NCBI GenBank assembly: GCA_003605065.1
Contig: QZJM01000004.1
Coordinates: 4,863-68,862, forward strand
DNA: 64,000 bases
Reading direction: 5' to 3'
Source of the DNA: Dethiobacter sp.
GTDB lineage: Bacteria > Bacillota > Dethiobacteria > DTU022 > UBA8154
Position 1 is the stretch's first letter. Every line of letters begins with the position of its first letter. The notes under the pieces are model-generated. The model ran no database searches and was not told where the DNA came from. It saw only the letters and a list, made by a program, of their open reading frames with translations. Below are positions 19,360-29,711 of this stretch, one piece after another. The translations under genes were made by a program, and so were the position numbers.

Positions 19360-20190
19360 ATGCCTGTAATTTCGGCTGCTGCTGTGGAAGAATTGAGACT
19401 GAAAGCAAGAAAGTTACGCCAGGATATTATTACCATGATCTACGAGGCTGCTTCCGGTCATCCGGGTGGAGCACTGTCAGTCCTTGATATACTGGTTGTT
19501 TTGTATTACAAAGTTATGAAAATAGATCCCGGTAATTACCTGGATCCCCAGAGAGACAGACTGGTTTTAAGCAAAGGACATGCATGTCCTGCACTTTATG
19601 CCGTACTGGCGGACCGGGGTTTTTTCCCTTCCAGTTATTTGTCAGTTTTGCGCAAAATTGATTCACCTCTTCAAGGACATCCGGATATGCGCAAAACTCC
19701 CGGGGTGGAGATGTCTACCGGATCACTGGGACAGGGGCTTTCTGCGGCTAACGGTATGGCCCTGGCGGCCCGCCTTGATAATTCCAGGCGCCGGGTTTAT
19801 GTTGTTTTGGGAGACGGGGAAATCCAGGAAGGCCAGGTATGGGAAGCAGCGATGACTGCTGCTCATTACCGGCTGGATAATCTTACGGCCTTTTTGGATT
19901 ATAACGGCCTGCAAATAGATGGTTGGATCCGGGATGTTAAATCTCCGGAACCTGTAGCCGAGAAATGGCGGGCTTTTGGTTGGCATGTCCTGGAAGTGGA
20001 GGGCCACGATTATGCTTCTTTGCTGAAAGCAATAGGAAGAGCCCATACCAATAAAGGCGCTCCTACGATCATCATTGCTCATACCGTTAAGGGAAAAGGT
20101 GTATCCTTTATGGAGAATCAAATAGACTGGCATGGACGGGCTCCCAATAAAGAGGAATATGAACAAGCCCTCGCTGAATTACAAAAATGA
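19360..20190 (+). CDS. Transketolase, N-terminal (TPP-binding) subunit
   Basis: SGHPGG, LSKGH, STGSLGQG, GDGE...NGLQ and HTVKGKG. Confidence 0.93.
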   Translation: MPVISAAAVEELRLKARKLRQDIITMIYEAASGHPGGALSVLDILVVLYYKVMKIDPGNYLDPQRDRLVLSKGHACPALYAVLADRGFFPSSYLSVLRKIDSPLQGHPDMRKTPGVEMSTGSLGQGLSAANGMALAARLDNSRRRVYVVLGDGEIQEGQVWEAAMTAAHYRLDNLTAFLDYNGLQIDGWIRDVKSPEPVAEKWRAFGWHVLEVEGHDYASLLKAIGRAHTNKGAPTIIIAHTVKGKGVSFMENQIDWHGRAPNKEEYEQALAELQK

Positions 20191-20205
20191 GATGGAGGGG
20201 ATAAC

Positions 20206-21147
20206 TTGACAGAAAAAATAGCTACCAGGGATGCTTATGGTAAGGCTCTGGTAGAGTTAGGGCGCCGTATGGACAAAATTGTGGTCCTCGATGCGGATCT
20301 TTCCAAGTCAACCAAAACAGCACTGTTTGCAGAAGAATTTCCCCTGCGTTTTTTTAATATGGGAATTTCTGAAGCGGACATGATGGGAACCGCCGCAGGG
20401 CTTGCAGCTTCCGGCTATATTCCCTTTGTCAGCACTTTTGGTGTATTCGCCACAGGCAGGGTTTTTGACCAGATACGAAATTCTATCGCTTATACGAGAT
20501 TAAACGTAAAAATCGCTGCCACCCATACAGGTATTACCGTGGGAGAAGATGGCGCTTCCCATCAGGCTCTGGAGGATATTGCCCTAATGCGTGTCCTGCC
20601 GCACATGACGGTTGTTGTCCCCGCTGATGGAAGGCAAACTTACCAGGCTGTCGAAGCTATTGCCGGATGTGAGGGTCCTGTCTACCTCAGGTTGGGAAGG
20701 CCTAAGGTTCCCCAGGTAATACCCGAAGGTCTGCCTTTTGAGCTGGGGAGGGGTCAGCTTTTAAGAGAGGGTAAGGACTTTGCTTTTTTAGCGACAGGTA
20801 TAACAGTGGGACTGTCTCTGGAGGCTTCTCAATTACTGGAAAGGCAGGGAATTAATGCAGCAGTTGTCAATATACATACCATAAAACCCCTGGATAAGGA
20901 CCTTTTGCTGCATATGGCCGCTAAAACGGGAGCATTTGTTACGGTGGAAGAACACAGTGTCATTGGAGGCCTGGGAAGTGCCATAGCGGAGTTAATCTCC
21001 GGGAATTATCCTATTCCCGTAATAAGAGTGGGTATTAATGACACCTTTGGAGAGTCCGGATCACCAGAGGCTTTATTAATAAAATACGGCTTTACCGTGG
21101 AAAACTTAATAAAAGCCGGCCAGACGGCAATGGAGAAAAAAAGATAA
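20206..21147 (+). CDS. Transketolase, C-terminal subunit
   Basis: RDAYG, DADLSKST, GISEA, GEDGASHQ and VEEH..IGGLG. Confidence 0.93.
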   Translation: MTEKIATRDAYGKALVELGRRMDKIVVLDADLSKSTKTALFAEEFPLRFFNMGISEADMMGTAAGLAASGYIPFVSTFGVFATGRVFDQIRNSIAYTRLNVKIAATHTGITVGEDGASHQALEDIALMRVLPHMTVVVPADGRQTYQAVEAIAGCEGPVYLRLGRPKVPQVIPEGLPFELGRGQLLREGKDFAFLATGITVGLSLEASQLLERQGINAAVVNIHTIKPLDKDLLLHMAAKTGAFVTVEEHSVIGGLGSAIAELISGNYPIPVIRVGINDTFGESGSPEALLIKYGFTVENLIKAGQTAMEKKR

Positions 21148-21263
21148 CTTAAGGAGAACAAGGGGTCGTTCTTCTCTTGTCTTACAGGACCGGTGGTGAT
21201 ATTAAATATGGATTGCAGTTACCGTAAGATACGATGATTTTATTTTTTTAAAGAGAGCTTTTT

Positions 21264-21298
21264 AATAGCTCCTCCCCTTGGGGAGGAGCTATTTTTTT
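21264..21298 (+). terminator. Intrinsic terminator
   Basis: AATAGCTCCTCCCC-tt-GGGGAGGAGCTATT followed by a T run. Confidence 0.85.
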
Positions 21299-21661
21299 AC
21301 CAGAAAGAAAAAATTTGTAAAAATTTAATGCAAAAAAGGTTTCTAAAGCAGGGATTGCCAAACCGCCTGTCGAATAATAAGCCTCATCCAATTTAGATTG
21401 ATCCCCAGAACAGGTATATTTGGTACATAAATTCTTTATCAGTGGTTTTTAAATATTATTTTTAAAATTTTTCCTGGATTATGCAGGTTTTTATAGGGTA
21501 TAATCTTTTCTTGGGGAAAACTAAGTTAAATATAAAAATTTTTTGTCTAACTGGGGTTAATAACCTCAGGAAAATATAATATTAAAATAGCAGGAGGTGT
21601 AAAAGCCTGAACAATAAACCCAGGTTTTTAAATGCTGAATTTATTGGACCAGGCGAAAAAA

Positions 21662-22657
21662 ATGGCGGTTATTTATTATGACAAGGATGCGGATCTTTCT
21701 TATCTGAAAGGAGAAAAAATTGCCATTCTGGGCTACGGCAGCCAGGGGCATGCCCACGCCCAAAACCTGCGGGATAGCGGCCTGAGTGTTGTTGTCGCCG
21801 ATCTTCCCGGCAGCTCCAACTGGATTCAGGCGGAAAAGGATGGCATGGAGATTAAGACTGTAGCCGGGGCGGTTGAAGATGCCCAGGTTATTATGATGCT
21901 GCTCGGTGATAACGACCAGCCGCCGGTATTTCAGAAAGAGGTTCTTCCTCATCTTAAGGAAGGCAAGGCTCTGGCTGTGGCTCACGGCTTTAACATTCTT
22001 TATAACCAGGTTATTCCTCCCTCCCATGTGGATGTGTTCATGGTAGCCCCCAAGAGCCCCGGACACCTGGTCAGGCGCATGTACCAGCAGGGGAACGGTG
22101 TACCTGCACTGGTAGCCGTGCACCAGGATTATACGGGAAAGTGCCTGCAGAGAGCCCTGGCTTATGCTAAAGGACTGGGCGGGACCCGGGCCGGGGTTAT
22201 TGAAACAACATTCCAGGAAGAGACAGAAACGGACCTGTTTGGTGAGCAGGCTGTCCTTTGCGGTGGAGTATCGGCTTTAATTAAAGCATCTTTTGATACC
22301 CTGGTGGAAGCAGGTTACCAGCCGGAAATAGCCTACTTTGAATGCCTGCATGAACTCAAGTTGATTGTAGATTTGATCTATGAAGGTGGACTGTCCTGGA
22401 TGCGCTATTCTGTCAGCGATGTTGCCGAATACGGTGATTTTACCAGGGGGCCCAGAGTTATCGATGAGAGAGTGCGTGGGGAAATGAAAAAAATGCTCCA
22501 GGATATCCAGGAAGGTGTTTTTGCCCAGGAATGTATTACTGAATTTCGCATGAATCGTCCCCGCCTGACTGCTATGAGGAGAAAAGACGAACAACACCTT
22601 GTGGAGAAAGTTGGAAAAGAGCTTCGCTCCATGATGCCCTGGCTGGAGAAAAAATAA
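21662..22657 (+). CDS. ilvC: Ketol-acid reductoisomerase (stand-alone)
   Basis: [17 protein letters not shown] and [16 protein letters not shown]; alternative start at 21632. Confidence 0.96.
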   Translation: MAVIYYDKDADLSYLKGEKIAILGYGSQGHAHAQNLRDSGLSVVVADLPGSSNWIQAEKDGMEIKTVAGAVEDAQVIMMLLGDNDQPPVFQKEVLPHLKEGKALAVAHGFNILYNQVIPPSHVDVFMVAPKSPGHLVRRMYQQGNGVPALVAVHQDYTGKCLQRALAYAKGLGGTRAGVIETTFQEETETDLFGEQAVLCGGVSALIKASFDTLVEAGYQPEIAYFECLHELKLIVDLIYEGGLSWMRYSVSDVAEYGDFTRGPRVIDERVRGEMKKMLQDIQEGVFAQECITEFRMNRPRLTAMRRKDEQHLVEKVGKELRSMMPWLEKK

Positions 22658-22773
22658 GATTCCTTGCTCTTCAGTAAGAAATGTTCAAAAATTCCATAAT
22701 ATGGCCGGAAATAAAAGAGGATTTTAGTAAACTGTTGTCGAATAAAATACTTACATATTTTACATTTTACGTC

Positions 22774-22803
22774 ATTTAATTATTTAATTATTTAATTATT
22801 TAA
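22774..22803. repeat. Short tandem repeat (ATTTAATT)x3.7 in the ftsE leader
   Basis: Read directly from the sequence. Confidence 0.6.
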
Positions 22804-22827
22804 AAATAATTTAAGCAGGGCTGTATT

Positions 22828-23517
22828 ATGATCGAAATTTGTCATCTTTACAAACAATATGTGCATAACGAGTTTTATGCTTTAAAAGATATTAATTTGA
22901 TTATTGACCGCGGTGAATTTATTTTTATCGTAGGTCCAAGCGGAGCGGGCAAATCTACCCTCTTAAAGCTCCTGTTAAGAGAAACTCTGCCAACGAGGGG
23001 AAGTATAAAGATTTTTGGAAGGGATCTAACCCAGTTGAAAAACCGGGAGATACCCTTTTTAAGGCGGAATATCGGTATGGTTTTTCAGGACTTTCGCCTG
23101 CTGAGTGACCGCAACGTATTTGAAAATGTAGCCTTTTCCCTGAGAATTATCGGGACTTCGTCCAGGGAAATTCGCAAAAGAGTGCCCCTTGTTTTGGAGC
23201 TTGTTGGATTAAAAGATAAAGCTTTTAAAAATCCAAACGAGCTTTCCGGGGGAGAACAGCAAAGGGTTTGCGTGGCCAGAGCCATAGTCAACCGACCCAG
23301 CGTACTTCTTGCGGACGAGCCTACCGGAAACCTTGATCCGGCTACTTCCATGGAGATTATGACACTAATCCAGGATATTAACATCAGGGGGACGACGGTA
23401 ATCGTAGCTACTCATGACAAGGATGCTGTGGATCATTTTCAAAAGCGGGTCGTGGTTTTGGAAAACAATCAATTGGTGAGCGACCAGGAGAGAGGGGTTT
23501 ATTTTAATGCACATTAG
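22828..23517 (+). CDS. ftsE: Cell division ATP-binding protein FtsE
   Basis: GPSGAGKST, VFQDFRLL, LSGGEQQRV and ADEPTGNLD; followed by ftsX. Confidence 0.95.
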   Translation: MIEICHLYKQYVHNEFYALKDINLIIDRGEFIFIVGPSGAGKSTLLKLLLRETLPTRGSIKIFGRDLTQLKNREIPFLRRNIGMVFQDFRLLSDRNVFENVAFSLRIIGTSSREIRKRVPLVLELVGLKDKAFKNPNELSGGEQQRVCVARAIVNRPSVLLADEPTGNLDPATSMEIMTLIQDINIRGTTVIVATHDKDAVDHFQKRVVVLENNQLVSDQERGVYFNAH

Positions 23518-24397
23518 GAGCCTCTTGTATTTTTTAGGAGAGGCGCTTAAGAGTATAGTTCGTAACGGGTGGATGAGCATAGCTTCTATTGGGGTTGTTT
23601 CCATTACCCTTCTGATCCTGGGCAGTTTCATGGTTTTAAGTTTTAACGTGGCCCTCTTTACCCAGGATATTAAGGAACAGGTACAAATCGTTCTTTATCT
23701 TGACGAAACAAGTGATCAGGAGACTAAACTGGAATTACAGAGAATGCTGGCATCCCATTTCCAGTTGGAAGAAGTGCGCTATGTATCCAAAGAAGAAGCT
23801 ATGGAGCGCTTAAAGCAGCAATTGGGTGATCGTGCTTACCTGCTGGATGGATACAATGCGGAAGAAAACCCGTTACGGGATTCCTACCAGGTGCGTACTA
23901 AGATCCCTGAAGATATCCCTATCGTAGCAAAAGAAATAGCAGATTATCCCGGAGTAGGCTACGTAGATTACGGCAGTGGTGTGGTAGAGCCTCTTTTCCA
24001 GTTTACGGGATTGGTGCGCTGGATTGGCCTCGCGTTTATGGCAGGACTTGCTGTCACGGCTATTTTTCTTATAGCTCATACCATCCGCCTGACGGTATAT
24101 GTCAGGCGTAAGGAAATAATGATTATGAAGTATGTGGGAGCGACGGACTGGTTTATTCGCTGGCCATTTATTTTCGAAGGCCTGATTCTCGGTTTTATCG
24201 GAGCCATAATACCGGTAATTGTCATTTATTACAGCTATCAGGCCGCTGTTCTCTGGATGCAGGCCAATATTTATTTTATTCCGCTGATCCCTCCGGAAAG
24301 GATCATGGAAGAAATAGTAAAAGCTATTATTCCCCTGGGGGTTGTCCTGGGGGTTCTGGGAAGCAGCATTTCTGTGAGGCGGTTTTTAAAAGTTTAA
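23507..24397 (+). CDS. ftsX: Cell division permease FtsX
   Basis: RNGWMSIAS and TIRLTV..RRKEI.IMKYVGAT.WFIRWPF; 4 TM segments. Confidence 0.95.
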   Translation: MHIRSLLYFLGEALKSIVRNGWMSIASIGVVSITLLILGSFMVLSFNVALFTQDIKEQVQIVLYLDETSDQETKLELQRMLASHFQLEEVRYVSKEEAMERLKQQLGDRAYLLDGYNAEENPLRDSYQVRTKIPEDIPIVAKEIADYPGVGYVDYGSGVVEPLFQFTGLVRWIGLAFMAGLAVTAIFLIAHTIRLTVYVRRKEIMIMKYVGATDWFIRWPFIFEGLILGFIGAIIPVIVIYYSYQAAVLWMQANIYFIPLIPPERIMEEIVKAIIPLGVVLGVLGSSISVRRFLKV

Positions 24398-24434
24398 CAT
24401 AAGGAAAACTGATCACCGAAAGGAGGCCAAGCGT

Positions 24435-25655
24435 GTGCTTTCCCCAAAATCACGCAATATTTTAACTTTATTAACAATATTGTTTCTTGTTTCCGCCTTC
24501 ATTTTGCCCGGTTATGCTTCTCCTCTGGAGCAAAAGATCCGTCAAACACAGCAGGAACTTTCCAGTATTCAAAAAAGATTGGAGGACAGAGGTAAGCAGC
24601 TGGCAGAGTCCCAGAATGAAGAAAAAAGACTTGAAGGGGATTTAATGAAGCTGGAGCGCAGTTTATCACTCCTCAGGCGTGATTTAAACGAGCTGGAAAA
24701 GACTATTAAGGAAACTGAACAAAATATTGAGATTACAGAACAACAGCTTGCTGATGCTGAAGAACAGGTAGAACTGAGGGATAATTTACTGAGAAAACGG
24801 CTTAGAGCTATCTATGAAAAGGGTGAGACCGGGTATCTGGATGTTCTTTTTGATGCTTACAGCTTTGCAGAGTTTCTTACCAGGTTAAATGATCTAAAGT
24901 TAATTGCCGAGAACGACTTAAAGCTTTTAGAGGAGTCTTTTGCTGAAAGAGCTGCTATCCAGGAAAAGAAGGACAAGCTGGAGGAGGAAAAAGAGCGTTT
25001 ATTAAACCTTAAAGTAGAAAGGCTGAATCGACGTGAAGAATTAAACAAACAGCAGGCTGAAAGGGAAGCACTGCTTGATACTGTTCAGAAAAACATCGAG
25101 GCCCAGGAAAAAGCCGTACGCGAATTGGAACAGGAAGCCCAAAAGATTGAAACAATCATCAAGCAACTACAGGAGGAAATGCGCCGCCAGACGGAACGCT
25201 TTACACCTTCCGGGAAGTTATTATGGCCCCTGGCTGAATACGGGACCTCCTGGATAACTTCGGGATACGGCCCCCGTGTCCACCCTATAACGAAACGCCC
25301 GGGAGAGTTTCACGGTGGTATTGATATAGGTATTCCGCGTACTCGCTGGCCTGGATCATCCAGTTACAACGGTAACCCTGTTTACATCAGGGCAGCGGAT
25401 AACGGTATTGTTATCTACGCCGGCATCAGCGGGAGCCTTACTTACGGTTATGGCAGAGTGGTGATAGTCGATCACGGGAAAGGTTTAGCCACTGTTTATG
25501 CCCACTGTCATACTATTCTTGTAGCTCCCGGCCAGGAAGTTGCCCGCGGTCAGCATATAGCCATTGTAGGTTCAACCGGTTCCAGCACAGGTCCTCATTT
25601 ACATTTTGAGGTCAGGATAAACGGTGAAAGGCAGAGCCCCATGGGATATTTCTAG
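24435..25655 (+). CDS. Coiled-coil plus M23 peptidase (FtsEX-associated murein hydrolase, EnvC-like)
   Basis: Signal peptide, long coiled coil, HGGID, YAH and STGPHLHFEV. Confidence 0.9.
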   Translation: MLSPKSRNILTLLTILFLVSAFILPGYASPLEQKIRQTQQELSSIQKRLEDRGKQLAESQNEEKRLEGDLMKLERSLSLLRRDLNELEKTIKETEQNIEITEQQLADAEEQVELRDNLLRKRLRAIYEKGETGYLDVLFDAYSFAEFLTRLNDLKLIAENDLKLLEESFAERAAIQEKKDKLEEEKERLLNLKVERLNRREELNKQQAEREALLDTVQKNIEAQEKAVRELEQEAQKIETIIKQLQEEMRRQTERFTPSGKLLWPLAEYGTSWITSGYGPRVHPITKRPGEFHGGIDIGIPRTRWPGSSSYNGNPVYIRAADNGIVIYAGISGSLTYGYGRVVIVDHGKGLATVYAHCHTILVAPGQEVARGQHIAIVGSTGSSTGPHLHFEVRINGERQSPMGYF

Positions 25656-25852
25656 AAAGAAAAGCGTAACGAACGCTGTAGCAATAACTGGTTTTATTTT
25701 CGAGCATAAATTGTAACTTCTTTTACATGCTTGCAGTCTTTTACAAAGTACCGTGTCTTTTTGTGCTTGAAAGAGCATAAAAATATAAACCGGCTAAATT
25801 TAATGATGGCTGTTGCCAGCACAATAATGGTACAGGAGGCACAAGAAGAGTA

Positions 25853-26254
25853 ATGAAAGATAATATGAATAACTGGGCCGTTTCGAAGGTCTACCTTTAC
25901 CTTGTTGCCCTAATAACCTTTAGTGTATTGCTTTTTAACTTTGTCGAGCTCGTCAGGGCGATTCCTGAGTACATTGCTCCTCTCCCTGGTTGGATAATGG
26001 ACCACCCAACAGCTAGAAACGAGTTGTTTTTGCAAAGATATGGCCAATACCCCGATTTTAGCAGGCAGGAGCATAGAGAAAAAGCGGCAGCTTTTACCAG
26101 GGAAGAAGTGGAAGCACTTTCAGAAGAAAGATACCGGGCGGAGAAAGAAAGAACAAAAGCTTTTAATTTGAGGAACATAATGCGGCACGGTTTTTCTTTT
26201 ATCGTTTTACTTCCCGTCCATATTATTTTTTTCAAACTGGCCAGGAAGAGCTAG
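25853..26254 (+). CDS. Hypothetical membrane protein (two TM segments)
   Basis: 133-aa ORF with N- and C-terminal hydrophobic helices; upstream GGAGG. Confidence 0.7.
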   Translation: MKDNMNNWAVSKVYLYLVALITFSVLLFNFVELVRAIPEYIAPLPGWIMDHPTARNELFLQRYGQYPDFSRQEHREKAAAFTREEVEALSEERYRAEKERTKAFNLRNIMRHGFSFIVLLPVHIIFFKLARKS

Positions 26255-26385
26255 TATTCTAGATTAAAACCTCAGCCGTAATATAATTATGATTATGGTA
26301 TTTTTCCGAATAAAAAGGTATAATATAAAATAAATTAGTAACCCTCGGAGATGAAACGTTGCTTTTTCAGAAAGATGGTGTTTTC

Positions 26386-27777
26386 ATGAAACGACGGGAA
26401 CTTGTGGTTGTGTTGCTGTGTATGCTTATTTTAAGTAACATAGCAACATATCGTTTTACCCGTTTTTTCTTTTCTTCACCGGCATTGGAAGTATCCAGGG
26501 AGAGAGACGAAGCAGGGCTCTTCTGGGAGGTATGGGATATCCTGGAGAAAAAGTATTTCCAGCCCGTAGAAGAGGAAAGAATGATTCAGGGAGCTATAAA
26601 AGGCATGCTCCAGTCCCTGGATGATCCCCATACGTCGTACCTTTCTCCTGAATCCATGGAGGATATGCTTATCCATACAACGGGTTCTCTAAGCGGCATC
26701 GGAGTAGAAATAGTCGAAGATGAAGGAGAAATACTCATCTTAAGGGTTATTGAGAATTCTCCTGCCCAGCAGGTCGGATTAATACGTGGAGATTGTATTG
26801 TAGAAGTGAAAGGAAAGAGCATGGATGGTGTTAAACTGGATGAAGCCGCCCGTCTTCTAAGGGGACCGAGCGGAACAACGGTGAAAATAGTTGTCCGGCG
26901 GGCCGGGGAAGAGGATCCTTTGCAGCTTACCATAACACGGGCCAAAATAGAAATGGGTACTGTTTTTGCTCAGGTCCTGGAAAAAGGTGTCGGTTATATT
27001 AGAATTACCAATTTTGATCAGGGTACAGGAAAGGACTTTAGCGAGTCACTTACTTTTCTGGAAAAGCAGGGTTTGAAAGGGTTGGTCCTGGACCTGCGGG
27101 ACAATGCCGGAGGGCTTCTGGATGAAGCTGTTGCAGTCGGAGAGGTTATTGTCCCCTCCGGGGAAATTACCAGGGTTGTGGACCGTGAAGGAAACGTGCA
27201 GGAGCGCTACTTTTCCCAGGCCAAACCAAAAGATTATAAGATTGTCGTACTGATCAATGAATATACGGCCAGCGCCGCGGAGATTATTGCCGGGGCCTTA
27301 CAGGACAGCGGAAAAGCTCTTCTCGTGGGCATGCCCACATTTGGTAAAGCCACTGTCCAGTATTTACAGTTTCTCAGCGACGGGGGCGGGCTGCGTTACA
27401 CTATTGCCAAATATTTAACTCCCGGTGGTCATGATTTGCACAAGCATGGCCTGCAGCCCGACTTTGAAGTGAATCTTCCTCCCGAATATTATCTCCAGTA
27501 CCGTACCGTTCCCCGAAACCTGGAACAGGGTGATTCAGGAGAGAGAGTTATTCTTTTACAAAATATGCTTAGTTTTCTCGGGTATCCTGTGGAGATTACC
27601 GGTGTATTTGATACAACTAGCGGCGATTATTTAAAAGAATTTCAACGAAATCACGATTTATTACCTACAGGGACACTGGACATTTCTACCAGGGAACACC
27701 TGCGCTCTGCATTGTCAGAAAAAGCCGGTAAGGTAGATGAGCAGCTGAAGTTTGCTGTTGACATTCTGAAAGGCTAA
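26386..27777 (+). CDS. S41 carboxy-terminal protease (CtpA/CtpB-like) with PDZ and peptidoglycan-binding domains
   Basis: DDPHT, SGIGV, LDLRDNAGG, TASAAE and TFGKA; C-terminal LEQGDSGERV...FQ peptidoglycan-binding segment. Confidence 0.9.
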   Translation: MKRRELVVVLLCMLILSNIATYRFTRFFFSSPALEVSRERDEAGLFWEVWDILEKKYFQPVEEERMIQGAIKGMLQSLDDPHTSYLSPESMEDMLIHTTGSLSGIGVEIVEDEGEILILRVIENSPAQQVGLIRGDCIVEVKGKSMDGVKLDEAARLLRGPSGTTVKIVVRRAGEEDPLQLTITRAKIEMGTVFAQVLEKGVGYIRITNFDQGTGKDFSESLTFLEKQGLKGLVLDLRDNAGGLLDEAVAVGEVIVPSGEITRVVDREGNVQERYFSQAKPKDYKIVVLINEYTASAAEIIAGALQDSGKALLVGMPTFGKATVQYLQFLSDGGGLRYTIAKYLTPGGHDLHKHGLQPDFEVNLPPEYYLQYRTVPRNLEQGDSGERVILLQNMLSFLGYPVEITGVFDTTSGDYLKEFQRNHDLLPTGTLDISTREHLRSALSEKAGKVDEQLKFAVDILKG

Positions 27778-27822
27778 GTTAAAATATTTTGCTTATGTCT
27801 GAGCAGAAAGGAGCCCGAACAG

Positions 27823-29127
27823 TTGGATTTTTGGTTTAGTATTTCCCTGTTGATGATCAAAACCATGTCGCTGGCCCTTTTAAATCCTTTTTTCTGGCTG
27901 GTTGTATTTATAGTTTTATTACAATACAGGCGCATTGTGTTCATGGAGAAAAAACTTTTTGGCCAATCAATTAACAACATCTGGAAGCAAACAATTTATT
28001 CGGTTATCTTTGGCATAATGGGAGGTATTTTTGGCAGTATATTCCTTTTATTACTGGGTATATCGCTGGATTGCATCGGTATTGCCTATCTCTGGCCTGT
28101 AGCCATACTTTTACTGCTGTTAAATCCCCGTTTCCTTTGTTTTGCCTACGCCGGCGGGATTATTTCCGCTGTTTCCCTTTTAATCAGGTTTTTATTGCCC
28201 TTTTGGCCTAATCTTGGCGATATTGCCCTTTTAAAAGGATTAATGGACATTCACCTTCCCAGTCTCCTGGCTTTAATCGGCATTTTGCACCTGACGGAAT
28301 CTTTCTTAATTTTTATCAGCGGGCATCGCGGTGCCAGCCCCATCTATCTCAAGGCTCCTTCCGGAGAGCTTCTCGGCGGTTACAGCATGCAGCGTTTTTG
28401 GCCCCTGCCTTTGATGGGGCTTTGGGGGCTAGTAGTTGCGGAATCCTCGGAGATATTTGTAGGCGGGGTTCTGATGCCGGAGTGGTGGCCTCTGCTTGGC
28501 TCCGTGATGAATCCTGTTGGAGCAGAGAAGCTTATTTACCTTATGGTTCCCCTGGTAGCGGGGTTGGGCTACAGCGATCTTGCTCTATCCAGTTATCCTC
28601 GTGATAAACGCATCAAAACTGCGGGCAACCTGGCTTTGTACAGCGTGCTTTTATCTCTCCTGGCTATTTCCGCAGTATTTATCCCTTTGATGATTATCCC
28701 GGCTGCTTTACTGGCACCTCTCGGACATGAATTTTTGATCAGAAAAGGCAATAAAGAGGAATTTTCCAGGCCGCCGCTTTTTAATGCCAACAATAGTCAT
28801 GGTTTAACAATTATAGCCGTTATACCTGATTCCCCGGCTGAGAAGGCCGGTTTACAGGGCGGAGACTGGCTGATGGAAGTTAACAATCAACGCATCGATT
28901 CAGAGATTGATTTCTGGAATATCTTACGTGTTAATTACTACCGGGTCCTTTTTAAAATCAAAAGGAGTGAAAAAGAAATTAAACTTCCCGTGCAAATTTA
29001 TCCCTGGCCGGTAAACCAGCTGGGAATTATTTTTGCCCCGGGCAGGTTGGCTAATGTATATGTGGAGATGAAACACAGTTCCCTGTTGAAAAATATTCGC
29101 CGTCGTTTTTCTCCGGGTGGTTCTTAA
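27823..29127 (+). CDS. minJ: MinJ-like membrane protein with a C-terminal PDZ domain
   Basis: Multi-TM protein with PRFLCFAY and WPLP, PDZ motif DSPAEKAGL; follows the ctp gene as in B. subtilis. Confidence 0.75.
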   Translation: MDFWFSISLLMIKTMSLALLNPFFWLVVFIVLLQYRRIVFMEKKLFGQSINNIWKQTIYSVIFGIMGGIFGSIFLLLLGISLDCIGIAYLWPVAILLLLLNPRFLCFAYAGGIISAVSLLIRFLLPFWPNLGDIALLKGLMDIHLPSLLALIGILHLTESFLIFISGHRGASPIYLKAPSGELLGGYSMQRFWPLPLMGLWGLVVAESSEIFVGGVLMPEWWPLLGSVMNPVGAEKLIYLMVPLVAGLGYSDLALSSYPRDKRIKTAGNLALYSVLLSLLAISAVFIPLMIIPAALLAPLGHEFLIRKGNKEEFSRPPLFNANNSHGLTIIAVIPDSPAEKAGLQGGDWLMEVNNQRIDSEIDFWNILRVNYYRVLFKIKRSEKEIKLPVQIYPWPVNQLGIIFAPGRLANVYVEMKHSSLLKNIRRRFSPGGS

Positions 29128-29156
29128 GGTAAAGCCTGTAAAGTAAAATATTTCTC
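29093..29156 (+). repeat. Direct repeat copy 1 (3' end of minJ)
   Basis: The first 34 nt match 31351-31384 at 32/34 positions, and similarity continues to AGTAAAATATTTCTC. Confidence 0.85.
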
Positions 29157-29345
29157 GATTTCAGGTAGTTGACTACGGTTTTGCCCCGTTCTCTCCCCCG
29201 TTTTCCGCCGTCAATTAAGGGAAATCCCTTTCTTTCATTTTTTAAGTAAAATATGGTATAATTATTTTTATAAGTAATATTTTCCTCCAAGTTTTGACAA
29301 ATACTCTATTTTTTATTACTTTTTTGAAAAAAATTTATTGCTTCC

Positions 29346-29435
29346 TGAACTAAAAGGCATAATTACTGAAAAGTAATGGCGCAAAGCTACAGGGGCTAAG
29401 CGGTTAAACCGTAATGCCAGCCAGCTACTGGTTCA
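29346..29435 (+). promoter_or_regulatory. Cyclic di-GMP-I (GEMM) riboswitch
   Basis: GGCATAATTACT-GAAA-AGTAATGGCGCAAAGCTACAGGGGCTAAG...ATGCCAGCCAGCTAC, closed by TGAAC/GTTCA. Confidence 0.9.
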
Positions 29436-29458
29436 AGGTTCTATGGAATTTTTCCAGG

Positions 29459-29487
29459 CCCCTTGCCAGATTGGCAAGGGGGTTTTT
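29459..29487 (+). terminator. Terminator in the riboswitch expression platform
   Basis: CCCCTTGCCA-gat-TGGCAAGGGG-GTTTTT. Confidence 0.85.
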
Positions 29488-29500
29488 AGGTTTTGTTGTC

Positions 29501-29660
29501 ATGCAATATGCTGTAATGACAACCCTATCGTAACACTGTGATACCCCCTGAGGATGCCCTTCTTGAACTAAAAAGATGCGCCGGCACACAATTTGATCCC
29601 CTGCTGGTAACGCACTTTGAAAAGTTACTGTTCAGGGATGGAACCATTAGAGAGGTATAG
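29501..29660 (+). pseudogene. HD-GYP domain C-terminal remnant
   Basis: Reads YAVMT/(frameshift)/PYRNTVIPPEDALLELKRCAGTQFDPLLV...*. Confidence 0.75.
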
Positions 29661-29711
29661 ATTATTACAATAACGTACCGGATACTGTTGGTTATTGAAG
29701 GATGGTAGAAG

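Noticed and set aside
22751-22771. WalR box upstream of ftsE
   Set aside because: The TGTAAA/TGTAAG half-sites on the - strand are 3 nt apart, not 5.
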